Positions 1 to 12,482 of a stretch of DNA of 64,000 nt are shown in pieces. Under the pieces are notes generated by a model that was not told the DNA's origin, ran no database searches, and worked only from the letters and a program-made list of their open reading frames with translations. The position numbers and the translations under genes are program-made. Origin of the DNA: Lepidodermella squamata. Lineage: Eukaryota; Animalia; Gastrotricha. Where the stretch lies: the NCBI GenBank assembly GCA_047495785.1, contig JBLDXI010000028.1, positions 248,001 through 312,000 of the forward strand, read 5' to 3'. Position 1 is the stretch's first letter, and each line of letters opens with the position of its first letter.

Positions 1-407
1 GGAAGCTAGTTGTAAACTTCACTCGAATATTAACAATGCTTTCACCTCATCAATGAATGATCATGAATTTCAAAATCGATTACATGATCTGAAAAACGGA
101 AATGCATCAAGCACGCACATGGAGTAAAATTTCATGATATGACAGAAGGTTGCCCAGTAAGGATAGTAGAACAAATAATTGACGCTGATTTAATTAATCT
201 GTGGATGCGCCAAGATATGACCTAGTTCAATCTTTTTTCATTTCGTAATTTGAAAAACACTGACATCGAATTATACAATTCAGCGTGGACGTTCCACAGA
301 TATTTACGTGTTTGAAAAGCTCAGTTTTAGTCCGATGATACTGTTTCGTCTATTCTTGACTCTTGAGCAGTTCGATCAGACCGAGACTTTCATTCGGTCG
401 TTTCCAA

Positions 408-548
408 CCCAGACCGGCACAGATAAACAACGATGAACAAGTGGGGATGAACAAAGGGGTGAAAACGATTCGTTCTCCGTCGTTCACCACGTTTTCGTCC
501 TAAAACTCACTGCTCATCGTTGTTCCCCTATGTCGTGTATGGTCTGGG
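408..548. mobile_element. Small MITE with CCCAG termini (CMC/EnSpm-like)
   Basis: Imperfect terminal inverted repeats CCCAGACC..AACAACGATGA / TCATCGTTGTT..GGTCTGGG, with AA on both sides (2-bp TSD). Confidence 0.55.
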
Positions 549-1245
549 AATTGAAATCATTCTTCGGCATAAATTGCCCATGACCGAGTATGCGTGACTA
601 CAAGGATGATCTTGTTTCATGAAAAGGACAGATTAATGAATCTAGGATCCGAGCTTGTGATCCGAGTATGGATGCAAACCATTAGGAGTGTCAGATATTC
701 CAGAACAGAATAAAACCTTCCAAGATAACCAAGATACAAGACACGGCAGGCGAAAGGCTCGGCTATGCCCTCGGATTTGTCAATCACACTGATTCTTAGC
801 CAGCTTGAACCAGTTAGCAGTTGGCACCACTTCCTGTAATTGAAGATTGTTGTTATACCCCGCTCTTAATCGTATCTTAAAAGAAGGTCGAAGCTAAGTT
901 CGAAAAGGTTGCTGGGCGTTGGCGGAACCGCACGTTACGCGTATTTTGCGTGAATTGTTATTGCTACGGCTCAAGGAATTATTAAATTGCCTCGGGTGGT
1001 ATATGCACATGACACACCGCGTAAAACCGCCCGTTGTTCTCGTAATCGCCTTAACGCCGTGACGAACGAAGAGAGAGCCGGATTAGGCACGCTTCATTTC
1101 ACGCGTGGGTTGTTTTGGCATATCAGAATATGGCACCTGTACACAAATTCAATAGAAAATTTACTCATACTCCTTGTTAAAAACCAATTCCAGAAAAATT
1201 AGTTGATTACATTTTAATTTAGTTTGCGATATAGGCGGAAACCTT

Positions 1246-3220
1246 ATGGTGAAAATGTATTGCCTCGCGCTGGTGATTTGCGCGATCATCGGCCGCGTTC
1301 AGTCATGCATATCATCGATATCGACGTCATCTATCGTTGTGACGACCTCGACTGCTCGTGTCACCCCAGGCAATCAACTGACAACCCCTGCCCCGCCAAC
1401 AGCCATCGCCTCCACTTGCGGCCATTCCACGTAAGCTAGAATCGCCACGCTCGAGTAACTTCTTCGAAGCATGAAATTTAGTTGAATTAGCAAGAGACAT
1501 ATAGAGTTTTGCTAGGGTGGAAAAATTAGTCACGCTTCGCCGAACTGTCACACTTCATTGAATTTGAAATGTTTCGTTTCCAACTTTATTCAGGTACTAT
1601 TATAACACAAATGTCCCCGGTTCTGGGATTGTCGGAGGAGTCAACGCATCTCTGAATCAATACCCGTGGCTCACTCGTCTTGTGATCACCGATGGAAGTG
1701 GCAATACGTACCAATGTAGCGCTTCTATCCTCAGTACAACTTTCCTAATTACAACGGCTCGATGCATTGTGTAAGTTTATCAATTTCACTCAAAATCCCG
1801 TTTTAAATTTTCCCATTTTCTAGATCTGGCACAGCGTAAGTTGAGAAGAAGCTGTCATGCAACAGGTGGTTCTAAATTTCGTTTATTCAGGAGCATTCGA
1901 GCGTATTTCAGCGATTGGGATTCCGCTGTCGCGAATCCTAACGAATTTTCTATTGCGGTTACCAAGGTGATTCAGCACAGTTCGTTCGCGGCCAATTACG
2001 ACTACGACATTGCTCTTCTGCAATTGACAACTGCTTTGAATTTCACCGCTTCGTGGACTGTTCAGCCGATTTGCCTGCCTAAATCGTGCGATGACGGCTG
2101 CAAGGAGGGCACGACGGCTTACATTGCCGGCTGGGGCAACACCTCAGAAAGTGAGTTCCGTGATATTTTCATCCATACAAGGCCGTCACGGTCATGGAAA
2201 CCACCTGATATTTGTCGATATTTGTCGATATTTATCACAAAATGACCAAAATGACCAAATCCAATAAAAAATCATTTCCCCTTGTATCCTATTTCAACAA
2301 TTGAGAAGTGCACACTCCGAGTCCTAAAGTTATGGTTTCAGCTTTAAATTTTCTAAAACTATGGAATTTTCATTTTCCCATCTGCTTGATCTCACTATTT
2401 TAAGCGTAATTTTAACTATCGGTGGACAGTTTAGAAGCTGAAGTAGATCTGATATCAAAATGATTGATTTTTCAGCAATCAAGGCTCCAAAGTCCTAATC
2501 TTGAAAGTTACTCTATGTGCCTGGGTTTTTCCCCGTTCCACAAAAAAAATATAAAGAAACCACAATTGTAAATATGCTTGGTGCCCTCGGGCTGGCAGAA
2601 GAAAAAACTTGAACGGATTATTTAAAAAACAAGAAAATTGAAAATTGCCTGGGGACAAACTGGGCAACCCCAATCGAAAGCCCCAAACCCGGAAACGTTT
2701 TGTGCTAGAAGCTCATTTTTTTTAAATATTATCAAAATCCATTATTAATTTTGAACTCAAACTCGATGCTCACCTGAATTAGCCCCGTCATTTCGAAGAA
2801 GGCGACGTGTTAAGATATTTGAATATTGGTACAAAATATGTTTTTTTACAGCTTCGACAACATTTTCAAGAGTCCTACAAACGGCCTATGTCAAGATTGG
2901 TAACAATGCCGACTGCATAATGCAGTACTGGGGCTCTTCGACACCGATCAGCGACGTTAAGTACTGCGCAGGTGCGTCTTTTGAAAAAATTATTGCTTCA
3001 TTGAGCTAATGATTTTGACATACCAGGTTATCTTGATGGAACGATAGGTCCGTGTTACGGCGATTGGGGCACTCCATTGATGGTTATGGAGGATGGTTTC
3101 TACAAATTATGCGGCATTTACAGTTACTCGAACGGATGCGCTAAACAAAACCAGCACGGTGTCTTTACTCGAGTTTGCGCACTGCTATCTTGGATCAAGT
3201 CCAACGCTGGCATCGCCTAA
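1246..3220 (+). CDS. Secreted trypsin-family (S1A) serine protease homologue, catalytically inactive, copy 1 (~315 aa)
   Basis: Exons 1246-1430, 1594-1770, 1824-1835, 1891-2150, 2852-2971, 3027-3220 splice in frame (948 nt). Signal peptide, Thr/Pro-rich linker, IVGG..YPW, DYDIALL, PICLP, GWG, GVFTRV. The His motif reads TTARC and the Ser motif reads GDWGTP. Confidence 0.92.
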
Positions 3221-3699
3221 ATTTCGATAATCCCCGAAAAATTGATCACTTTAGAAAGAAGGCATCTTGTTAAAATTTAGGTAAATTCTCTGGAATATTT
3301 TTTCGTATGAATAAAAACCTTCGAAAATTCCTTTGATCGATTTTTTATCGGTGTCAATACCTGGTAGTTTAGTCACGCTTGAATGCACACGAATTCTCGT
3401 TACAAAAAGCCTATTGGTATTATTTATATTGGATTACATAAACATTTAGTGGGTGTCAAGACATGATTCAAGGTGGTCGGTGACACGATTCACAAGCACA
3501 CGAACACAGCGTGGGCAGCAGCCAGTCAATTGACCTATAAATGTTACACACGAGCCGCTCACACGCGATTGTTGTTGTAGCTATTGTTTTCACAGCGCGC
3601 ACTTTCACGTCACGCATCCTTCTTCTTACAGGAGAACAATAGTTTTGATTTTTTCTCAACTGTATTTTAAATTTTCACCTCGCTGTGGTTTCGAAAAAA

Positions 3700-5232
3700 A
3701 TGTCTCGTTTATTCATTTTGATTGCGCTGGTTGCGATTTTCGAAATCGGCCGTGTCCAGTCATGCCTATCGTCGACCACCACGTTGGTTGTGACGACTAC
3801 AACGGCTAGAGTTTATCCTGGCAATCAATCAGTGACTCCGGCGCCACCGACGGCCGTCGCAGCTAGTTGCGGCCATTCAACGTTAGTCATCGACACGCAT
3901 CATTAATTTTCGCACATTTAAAAAACTATTTTAGCAAAAAAATTGCAAAATTTTAAATAATTTTTAAACAGGTATTATTACAATTCGAATAACCCTGGCT
4001 CTGGAATAGTTGGTGGTGTTAACGCTACAGTGAACCAGTACCCGTGGCTGGCGCGACTTGTGATCACCGATTCGAACGGAAACACTTATCAATGCAGCGC
4101 CACCATCGTCAGCACCACTTACCTCCTTACGACAGCTCGATGCATTGTGTAAGTCTGTCGAATTTAGAAAAACTAATTTACCTATTTTAGCTGTTTGCAT
4201 TTCTACTTTCAGATCTGGCGTGGCGTAAGTTCAAATCTCATTTTTGTAGAATGGCACTGTCTAATTGTGTCGCCCCTAAAGGTCTATCCGAGCGTATTTT
4301 AGTGATTGGGATTCAACGGTGGCGGATACGAATGAATTTTCGATAGTAGTCAGTAAGGTTGTTCAGCACACCTCGTACTCAGCTACCACCTACGACTACG
4401 ACATTGCCCTTCTGCAATTGACAACTGCACTTAATTTCACGACATCGTGGACGGTTCAGCCGATTTGCCTGCCGAAATCGTGCGATGACGGCTGCAAGGA
4501 GGCCACGACGGCTTACATTGCCGGCTGGGGCAACACCTCAGAGAGTAAGCCATTTTAAAGTAATTAAATTAATCGATAAATTTTTCGAATTTGGAGAAAA
4601 TATTCAATAGTTGTGCGTCATTTCAGCGCGCATTTTTCATCTTTTTACTCCCCTTAATTATCGCTTATTTTCCGAAATCATTTTTTTCATTTTCAAAGTT
4701 GCAACGTCGTTTTCGAGATACCTGCAGACGGCCTACGTTAAAATCGGAAATAATGCTGATTGTGTGCTGCAATATTGGGGATCAACGACGCCTCTCAGCG
4801 ACGTTAAATACTGCGCAGGTAATAAAAAACCCTTCGATCAGTGAGTTTCGAAAATATCGTAAATTCCAGTGATTTAAAGACAGAAATAGAACTGGCTTCC
4901 GGAAAAATTTCGCTTGGAAATATTCTAAATTTAAATGTCTTTCATCAATTTTAAATCTCACAAAATCGACACTACTTAATTTATTTTTGATTATTTTCGA
5001 CGCTATACAATTGTAATTTGTTGTCTGATTTTATTCAGGTTATCTTGATGGAACGATAGGGCCGTGTTATGGCGATTGGGGTTCTCCGTTGATGGTTATG
5101 GAGGACGGTTTCTACAAATTATGCGGCCTTTACAGCTATTCGAATGGATGCGCGAAGCAAAACCAGTACGGTGTCTTCACGCGGGTCTGTTCGTTGCTGT
5201 CTTGGATCAAGTCTAACGCTGGAATCGCCTAA
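3700..5232 (+). CDS. Secreted trypsin-family (S1A) serine protease homologue, catalytically inactive, copy 2 (~315 aa)
   Basis: Exons 3700-3881, 3972-4148, 4213-4224, 4282-4544, 4699-4818, 5039-5232 (948 nt), with the same intron positions as copy 1. Motifs TTARC and GDWGSP. TATAAA at ~3536 and AATAAA at ~5304. Confidence 0.92.
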
Positions 5233-6062
5233 AATAATATATATTTAATAATCTTATTCCGCTAATTTCTCAGCGACCTTAATCTTTTTGATGCGAAAGT
5301 TTTAATAAAAATCAGAAAACTTGCGAATTGTATTCAAACTGAATTTGAGTTCGATTATAAAATTATTGATACACGAGTTGAAATAGAAATGTGAACCATC
5401 TAAAGGGTACGAGCTATTTTTATTTGAACTCGATAGGTTCGTATGCATGGTGTCGGTGTTCAATCCATTTTCCGCCGTAGTCTATTTTTAATATCTTTTT
5501 CTTTATAAACGTACAGCGAGAAACACTCCGCACAGGAAGATGATAATGCGCTGCTTAGCGGAAACGAGTTCGTGGACGATGATTCGCTGTCCGATTGGCA
5601 ACAAAACAAATCGTTTTCGGAGATGATTATTGCTGTTAGGCACCTGCTACCGGTTCAATCTTGTAAAACTCTTGTCCGCTACGCCTTATTTCGAACAAGC
5701 AGTGGAGCCGGATATGTTTCATGTCTAGGGTTCAGCGTTTAAAATTCTCCGACAACTGCCAAGTAACTTTCAACATTAGGATTAGTCGAAAGTGAAGCAA
5801 CAGCAGTGAAGCGGAAAGAAACGTGACCGTCAACGAAAATAGCTCGCCAGCAAAATTTCGACGTGGCTTTAATTATGTCAATTAGTGCACAAGGACGCAT
5901 GTATTTCCGCAGAACATAGCGTCAATTGACACCGATAGAAATCGCAGGGCGGCCAGCGACAACTGAATACGAGCCTCGTCTGTGAAATGGCGCTTTCTAA
6001 TTTCAATTTATACACAGGGTGCATCTTAAAGGACTTTAATAATAAAAGTAGAGAATAATGAA

Positions 6063-6066
<4 letters not shown>

Positions 6067-6106
<40 letters not shown>
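6067..6106. repeat. (TTA)n microsatellite
   Basis: About 13 perfect TTA units. Confidence 0.9.
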
Positions 6107-6111
<5 letters not shown>

Positions 6112-6741
6112 TATGCGATGATTTGATTGCTTTTTCATAAGAGCGCAATTTGATGATGATAAAGGGCGTCGCGCGCTGGGATCACTTGTCATCAATCATT
6201 TTGTCCTCATTATCGCTAGGCGAAAATTTTTAATCTCCGCGCCTCTTTTATTATTATTGATATTATATATTATAATAATAAATCTGATGATTATGATATC
6301 ATCATTCAGCGCATTAGCGACTCGCAACTTTTATGATGAGTGCGCGCGCGCAATAAAAGGCGCGCAATAATATTATAAATTTGCGCGCAATAATTATTAT
6401 CAAACGTCTCGCCCAATTGCGCGCGCGAGCGAGCGGTGCGCGCTCTGGTGTTAAACTTCCGCCTCACATTTGATTTGATATTGAGCGCCTATTAGCCGCG
6501 CGAATATTCAACGCGCGCGCGCGCCCGGGACGCGCCGCCTCATTATTTAAAATATGACAGACAAATCACAAAATGTGCCGCCGCTGAGGCAATTTATCGC
6601 AATAATATCCATATTATTGTCAAATATTAAAATTTAATACCCACAGCGCGCGCCTTTTATCAAAAATCACTTTTCATTTTAAAAATCGTCTAGAAATAAT
6701 AAAGCCATTATTATTCGTATTTTTTTCCCGTCATCGCCATC

Positions 6742-8467
6742 ATGGCCTCGCTCAGCAGTTTCGACGAGGAAGAAACTCCGGCACCTCAGCCGCGGAAACA
6801 CCTACGACCCGACAAGAAGGAGGGAGGGGCAAAACGAGCGAAATTGGACGATATGGAACCGGATATAATCAGCACGACAACCCAGCAACAACAAGCTCAA
6901 TTAATGTTGTTGAACCAAGCCCAGTTATTAGGCCTCCTCGGGGGTCAGAACGACCTGAACCAGCTCCTAATGTCATTGGCCTCAGGTTCCAACGGCGGTT
7001 CCAACATGGCACCAGCCCAAAATAACACGAACAACCAACCCGTGGCGCCATCTCCAGCGCCAAGTAGCCGAGAATCACCGGCTCCGGATGCGGATGGGGG
7101 TGATGATGGAGGCGACGATGAGACTGGGTCAAATGGGGGTGGCAAGAAAACGAGGCGAACAAGGACTTCATTCACGTCGTACCAGCTACATCACCTTGAA
7201 CGGGCCTTCCAGATCAGTCATTATCCGGACGTTTACGTTCGGGAGCAACTGGCTACGGCACTGAAGTTACCCGAGGCTCGCATTCAGGTAAAAAATAGTT
7301 TGAAATTTCCTTTTTCATTTTTTTTATTTTTTTTGTCTTTATTCAGTTTAATTTCAATTTTTAAATCAAACTCCTCCCCTGAGCAATAATTTTATTTTAC
7401 ACCTAATCATTTAGGAATTTGAAATTGATTTAGTGCAGGAAATTGCTCGAATTAAGATGATCACGTATTTTCGTGACTCTTGTTATAAACAACGTGATTG
7501 TCCTCGTGAAGGAGTAATGTCTGAACATAGACATTCCGGTGACGAATTGTAAAAAGTTTCCTGAGTGACGATTCGTTATAAAAGTTTTGACCTAACAGAA
7601 TTGACTCATTACTGCCAAACTTCCGTTAACAGGCTTACCTGGGAAATTATATTCAAGTATCGATTTTTTGCGCTTTCTCAATTTGGACGATTTTCGCTTT
7701 TTGAATCAGATATTTTGAAAACAAAATTGAATAAAATTCAAATTATTTGCATTTGTTATTTTTTAATGAAAAAATACATTTAAATTTTTCAAACATTACT
7801 TCATTCAAATTTTTGAAATTAGGTATGGTTCCAAAATCGCAGAGCAAAATGGCGTCGATCGGAACGATTTGTTGTACCAAGCGGCCCAGCCGCGGCCGCT
7901 GCTGCCGCCCACGTGCTCATGGCAGCTCGGGCGCCGTTCCTATTCGCGAATGGCATGCCTCCAGGGCTCATGTCATCCAATCAGCAATCAGCCGGCGCCA
8001 TCAACGACATGAACCAACGCGCCCTCGCCGCAGCTATCGCCTCAACGCAGGCCGCCAAGGCCCAGGACGCAACGAACCAGAACGACTTCATGGCCGGGTT
8101 GGTCAGCCAGCTATTCGGCGGTACCAACTCGGTACCAGCGGCTCCTACTCCGCCGGATTCAAACGCAGTCTTAGCCCAGTTGCTGAAAGCGAACCTCGGC
8201 ATTGAAACACCTGAGGCTAATACGCCGAATTTGACGAATTCAACGAAACCCGACGCCGCAGCTATGGCGGCAGATATTGGCGCCGTGCTAGCCCAAGCGG
8301 CCGCCGCGGCTGGACTGACGCCGCTTGATTACAAGGTTCTACTTCAAATGCTGGCCGGCAACGGTGGGAATGGTGCCCAGGTAGCGCCGAAATCGCCTCA
8401 TTCGTCGTCGCCCTCGCCGCCCTCGGACGCGCCGTTATCTTCGCCTAATAAGCAAAAGGTGAAATGA
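6742..8467 (+). CDS. Paired-class Q50 homeobox transcription factor, most similar to the Rx/Rax family (~396 aa)
   Basis: Exons 6742-7287 and 7823-8467. Homeodomain [47 protein letters not shown]|[14 protein letters not shown], with the PRD-class intron between Q and V. YQLH.LERAF..SHYPDVY and LPE are Rx-like. Confidence 0.85.
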
Positions 8468-9012
8468 TCCGCGATTCGTGAGACCTAATTTTTTATTAAA
8501 TTATTATTTCGATATTATTCGAGCAGAGATGAAAACTGTTTGCATTTTGTAAAAAAAAATTCGCAAAAATTGAAATGATTTGAATTTTTATTATTTCATG
8601 CAAACTATTTTTCATCTCTGCGAAATTTTTGTTGAAATTGATATTAAAATATATGAAAATCAAAAGTTCAAGTCTATTGTAACTATCATCATAATTTTCA
8701 TTGTGATCTCCACGTATTATATCTGAATTCTATCTCTCTCTCGCTCTGAATATTCATATACCAGCTATTTTATGTCTCGTGCCGCAATTGTTACCGCGAT
8801 TTAACCTGTGCGTAATGATGAACTAATAAAAATCGAAATAAAAGCACGGTTACCGATTCGTTATCATTCTGAAACGTGAAGTAAGTCATCAAGTCCGGCG
8901 GATGTTGCAAATATCACCGCGGGTCGCGTGTCTTGTGCGTGCGCGGCATAGCGTTGCGTGCCACGTATGTTCTATAGGTATACCACACACATCAGTTCGA
9001 GCTCGGACGAAG

Positions 9013-12000
9013 ATGCACAGAGAAGTTTTCAATATCATGCCGATGTTGATGTTCAACACTCTCGTAGTATCAAGTTTTTGGCTGATTTTGGCTCTGATTC
9101 TCGGAAACGTGAAATGCGACCCACTTATCGCTGCGTCGGTGGTTGTTTCCGACGAAGGCTATATTACCGCTGCGTCAGGAGATGCGGAACAGGCGGAAAT
9201 GGTGCGTGGAGGCATTGAAGAAGTTGGACGCGAATCGAGCAATCCGACACCTATCGCAGATGCAATTCCCGTCCTTGACGACGAGATCGGCAGTTCTAGC
9301 GACACTGTCTTGCACTTGTGCGAGTTCAACAGGTACACAAAACAATAAATGAAAATATTAACAAAAATTCCAGTGGAGTTCCATTTTAATTGTTAAATGC
9401 TGAAAAAATTGGTAAAATATTTAATCAGCATATTGTTGCAATTTCAGAACCACATGTGGTTGGATGCCTCAAAGCAGTGGCGACGAGGAGCGACTATTTT
9501 TTCGAAGTCCCGAGGACCCGCCGCCGGTCTTCGACGAAACAACTAATCTTAAAGAAGGCCCAGATCAATGTATGAGCTGCTCGGCATTATTTCAAGCTAT
9601 CAAATTAAAAAATTGAAAGAAGCTTCAATTTGAAATGTTTTAATGCTTAATTTTAATTTGAAATGTTTATTTTTTTTCTTTCATAATTCAACACCCTTGA
9701 CTGATTTTACAGGGCGTGATTATGCTTTCGTGAATGGAACCGGATTTTTTACGCTAACTTCGCCTGAGCTCTACCTAATCAGCGATATTATTGACTTGAA
9801 CCGAGACGAAAATGCTGGGTCACATCGCGGCCACCCGCATAGCCGAAATGCGGACGCATTTTGCGCATCATTCGCCACGCAAACGTCACACTGGACGCGG
9901 GCTGGTCTCTTCGTGATGACGCCGTCGCCCGCAAATGGGTCGTCGCTGAGTCTTAACGTGACAAATGACCAGATGCGGCTGGTTTGGAACGTCGATGCGT
10001 CGCCTGATTATTCGTGGACGACGTATCACGTCACGGTTCATTTACGCGAGCAATACATCAGCGATGCGTCCTGGCCGGGTAAACGGGTGTTGAAGTGTCA
10101 GTTGAAATTTGCGGTCGCGAAATCTGAGTCGGAAAATCACGCTGAAGGCGAAAAACCGCCGCCAGGGGTCTATTTCGGCCTGGGTTTCGTGAAACTGCAG
10201 CGAGGAGGCTGTGAGCAGGAGGTAATAACTTACGAGATGCAGAGTGTGAAGAAGCGAATTGAAGAACCTGCCCAACCTGGAACCGATAACTGGGGCGAGG
10301 CTCGAATGACAGTCAACTCAGATTCAGCCATCTGGCCAGGTGGTATCGTTCCTTACGAGTTCGCAATAGGATTTTTCAGTGAGTTCTTCTGTTTTCAAAT
10401 TCATTTTCTTAATTTAGGAAAATTATTTCAACTTAATTATCCGATCTTTTCCTGTTTTTTCTCATCACAGATAGTACTCATAAAAATATGATTCGAGCAG
10501 CGATGTTGGACATAGCTAACCGGTCCTGTATTCGATTCGTCCCGCATTTCCAATCCTCGGCGTATCTAGAAATTCTAGGTGAGAATCTCGGCTGCTTCGC
10601 CAATGTTGGCTACACTGGTGGCTACTCGTATGTCAACTTGGATCCAGCCTCTTGTTTCGATATGCGAACTATTCGACATGAATTACTGGTAAGTTGAACC
10701 TCGGAATCCCAGTTTTCAAAGATTTCAAAACCTCTAAAGCTAGGAAAAAATTCTGAAGCTCCAATGAATATGTTCAAAAGCTTCCCCAACCTTCGGAAAT
10801 TCTAACAAAAAGGTTGGAATTGAATTCGGCAATCTTCTGAAATGTCCAAGGCATCTAGGTAGCCAAAAGAATGCAATTGATAATATCACAAAGTCTGCTT
10901 TAGGAATCTTTTGCCGGATCTTACGCTTTTAACATAAAACCTGCTTCAAAAGATTTTTATTTTCAGCATGTCGTAGGGTTCTATCACGAGCATCAGCGTC
11001 CCGATCGTGACAAGTACATCGACATAATATGGGAGAACGTTCGCGAGTCGACGTACACTCAATTCGGCATTTACTCTGCCGAAGAGGTCGAATTGTACAG
11101 CCTACCCTATGACTACGAATCGGTCATGCATTACGGGACGAAAACCTTTTCGAAGAACGGTCTGCAGACAATTCGTGCCAAGAATCCTTGGGCAACTATA
11201 GGGTCCATACAGACTTATTCGTTGCTGGACACAAGGCGGATGAGACTTTTGTACCATTGTGACAACCTAGGTTAGCTAAAATTCAATTCACAGGGTTCTT
11301 TTCTATTTAGCTTGATTGTTTTGCAGAAACATCGGCTATTTGGGGTGGATTCTGCACTGCGGATATTGGCGACTTCAAATGCCGCCGTTACACCCCATGC
11401 GAAATCGGAACCTACGTCTGCCCATCGCCCTTAGTCTATGATTCGACCACTCGAAAATGCAAAGCCGGACGGGCTCTTGGCGAGACATGCGCCTCTAGTA
11501 GCGACACGTGCTCAGCAACTAATTCACAATGCGATTCGACAACGAAAACTTGCGTCTGCTCGAGTGGCTATTATAAAGGGCCACGGAATGATTGTATAAT
11601 TTCGGTGGCAACCCGGCGACTCGGCCAGTCATGCGCTAATGTGCTTGAATGCACCTACGAGCTCATCTGTGACTCAGCCACAAAGGTAGTTTTTTCTTCA
11701 ACGCATTTTGCAATATCTGAATGCTTATTTTAGGTATGCAGATGTCCTGTCTCAATGATTCCAGAGGGCGACTACGGCTGTGTTAACAGTAAGTTATTTC
11801 GAGTCGAATTTGCACAGCTTATTTCGATTTAACTTATAGAACAATTTGGGTCACCCTGCACAACGAATCGGGAATGTAGTCAAGCGGTACCGGCAGCTTG
11901 GTGCATCGGTGGAGTTTGCGCTTGCACCAGTCTCTTCGAAGCGGTTAGTTATAATTAGAAATCATGTTATCAGTCTTTACTACCACGCCCCCACTGTAGA

Positions 12001-12382
12001 CTACCTATTACGACGAAAATGGTGCTCTGCAACAAGCTTGTGCTCAGAAAAACTGTACGTATGAATTTATGCAGCGCTTGTGCATGGATTTATGCTGATT
12101 TCCTTGTGTTTAGCTCCAAGGTCACTACTGGGAGAATCATGTGACATAACGAATGGAAACCTATGCGTCACAGGAGCAATTTGCCGGTCTTGCCCGAATT
12201 CTATTAACGATATATGCACCGCGCCGACTGACTTCGCCTTGCTTTGGGCTTCGTTTCCCGATAAACCGCCAGATTTCTACGTTATTGCCGGTGCAAAGCG
12301 ATCAAACGTTTACTGCCCAAAGTCCTTATTAAGCATCATTGTAATTTCATTAATGTATCAGCAAGCTCACTCACTGTCTTGA
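9013..12382 (+). CDS. Secreted astacin (M12A) zinc metalloprotease with N-terminal MAM-like domain and C-terminal Cys-rich EB-like repeats (~823 aa; start codon uncertain)
   Basis: Ten in-frame exons: 9013-9332, 9448-9569, 9713-10378, 10471-10688, 10967-11270, 11327-11685, 11734-11788, 11840-11943, 12000-12054, 12114-12382. HELL|HVVGFYHEHQRPDRD zinc motif, YDYESVMHY Met-turn, WPGGIVPY, CEFNRTTCGW (MAM-type start) and LGxxC..C repeats. AATAAA at 12388. Confidence 0.9.
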
Positions 12383-12482
12383 TATCAAATAAATGTGTTC
12401 GATTTTTGCTTGAATAATGCTCCGCTTCAATCAAGGGGCACATCGCTTTGCAGCAAGTGCAGGGAAGTTATAACAATTAGGC

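Noticed and set aside
5409-5846. Short inverted CGAGCTATTTT repeats around a coding-like stretch
   Set aside because: No TSD, second copy or recognisable protein; probably decayed repeat.
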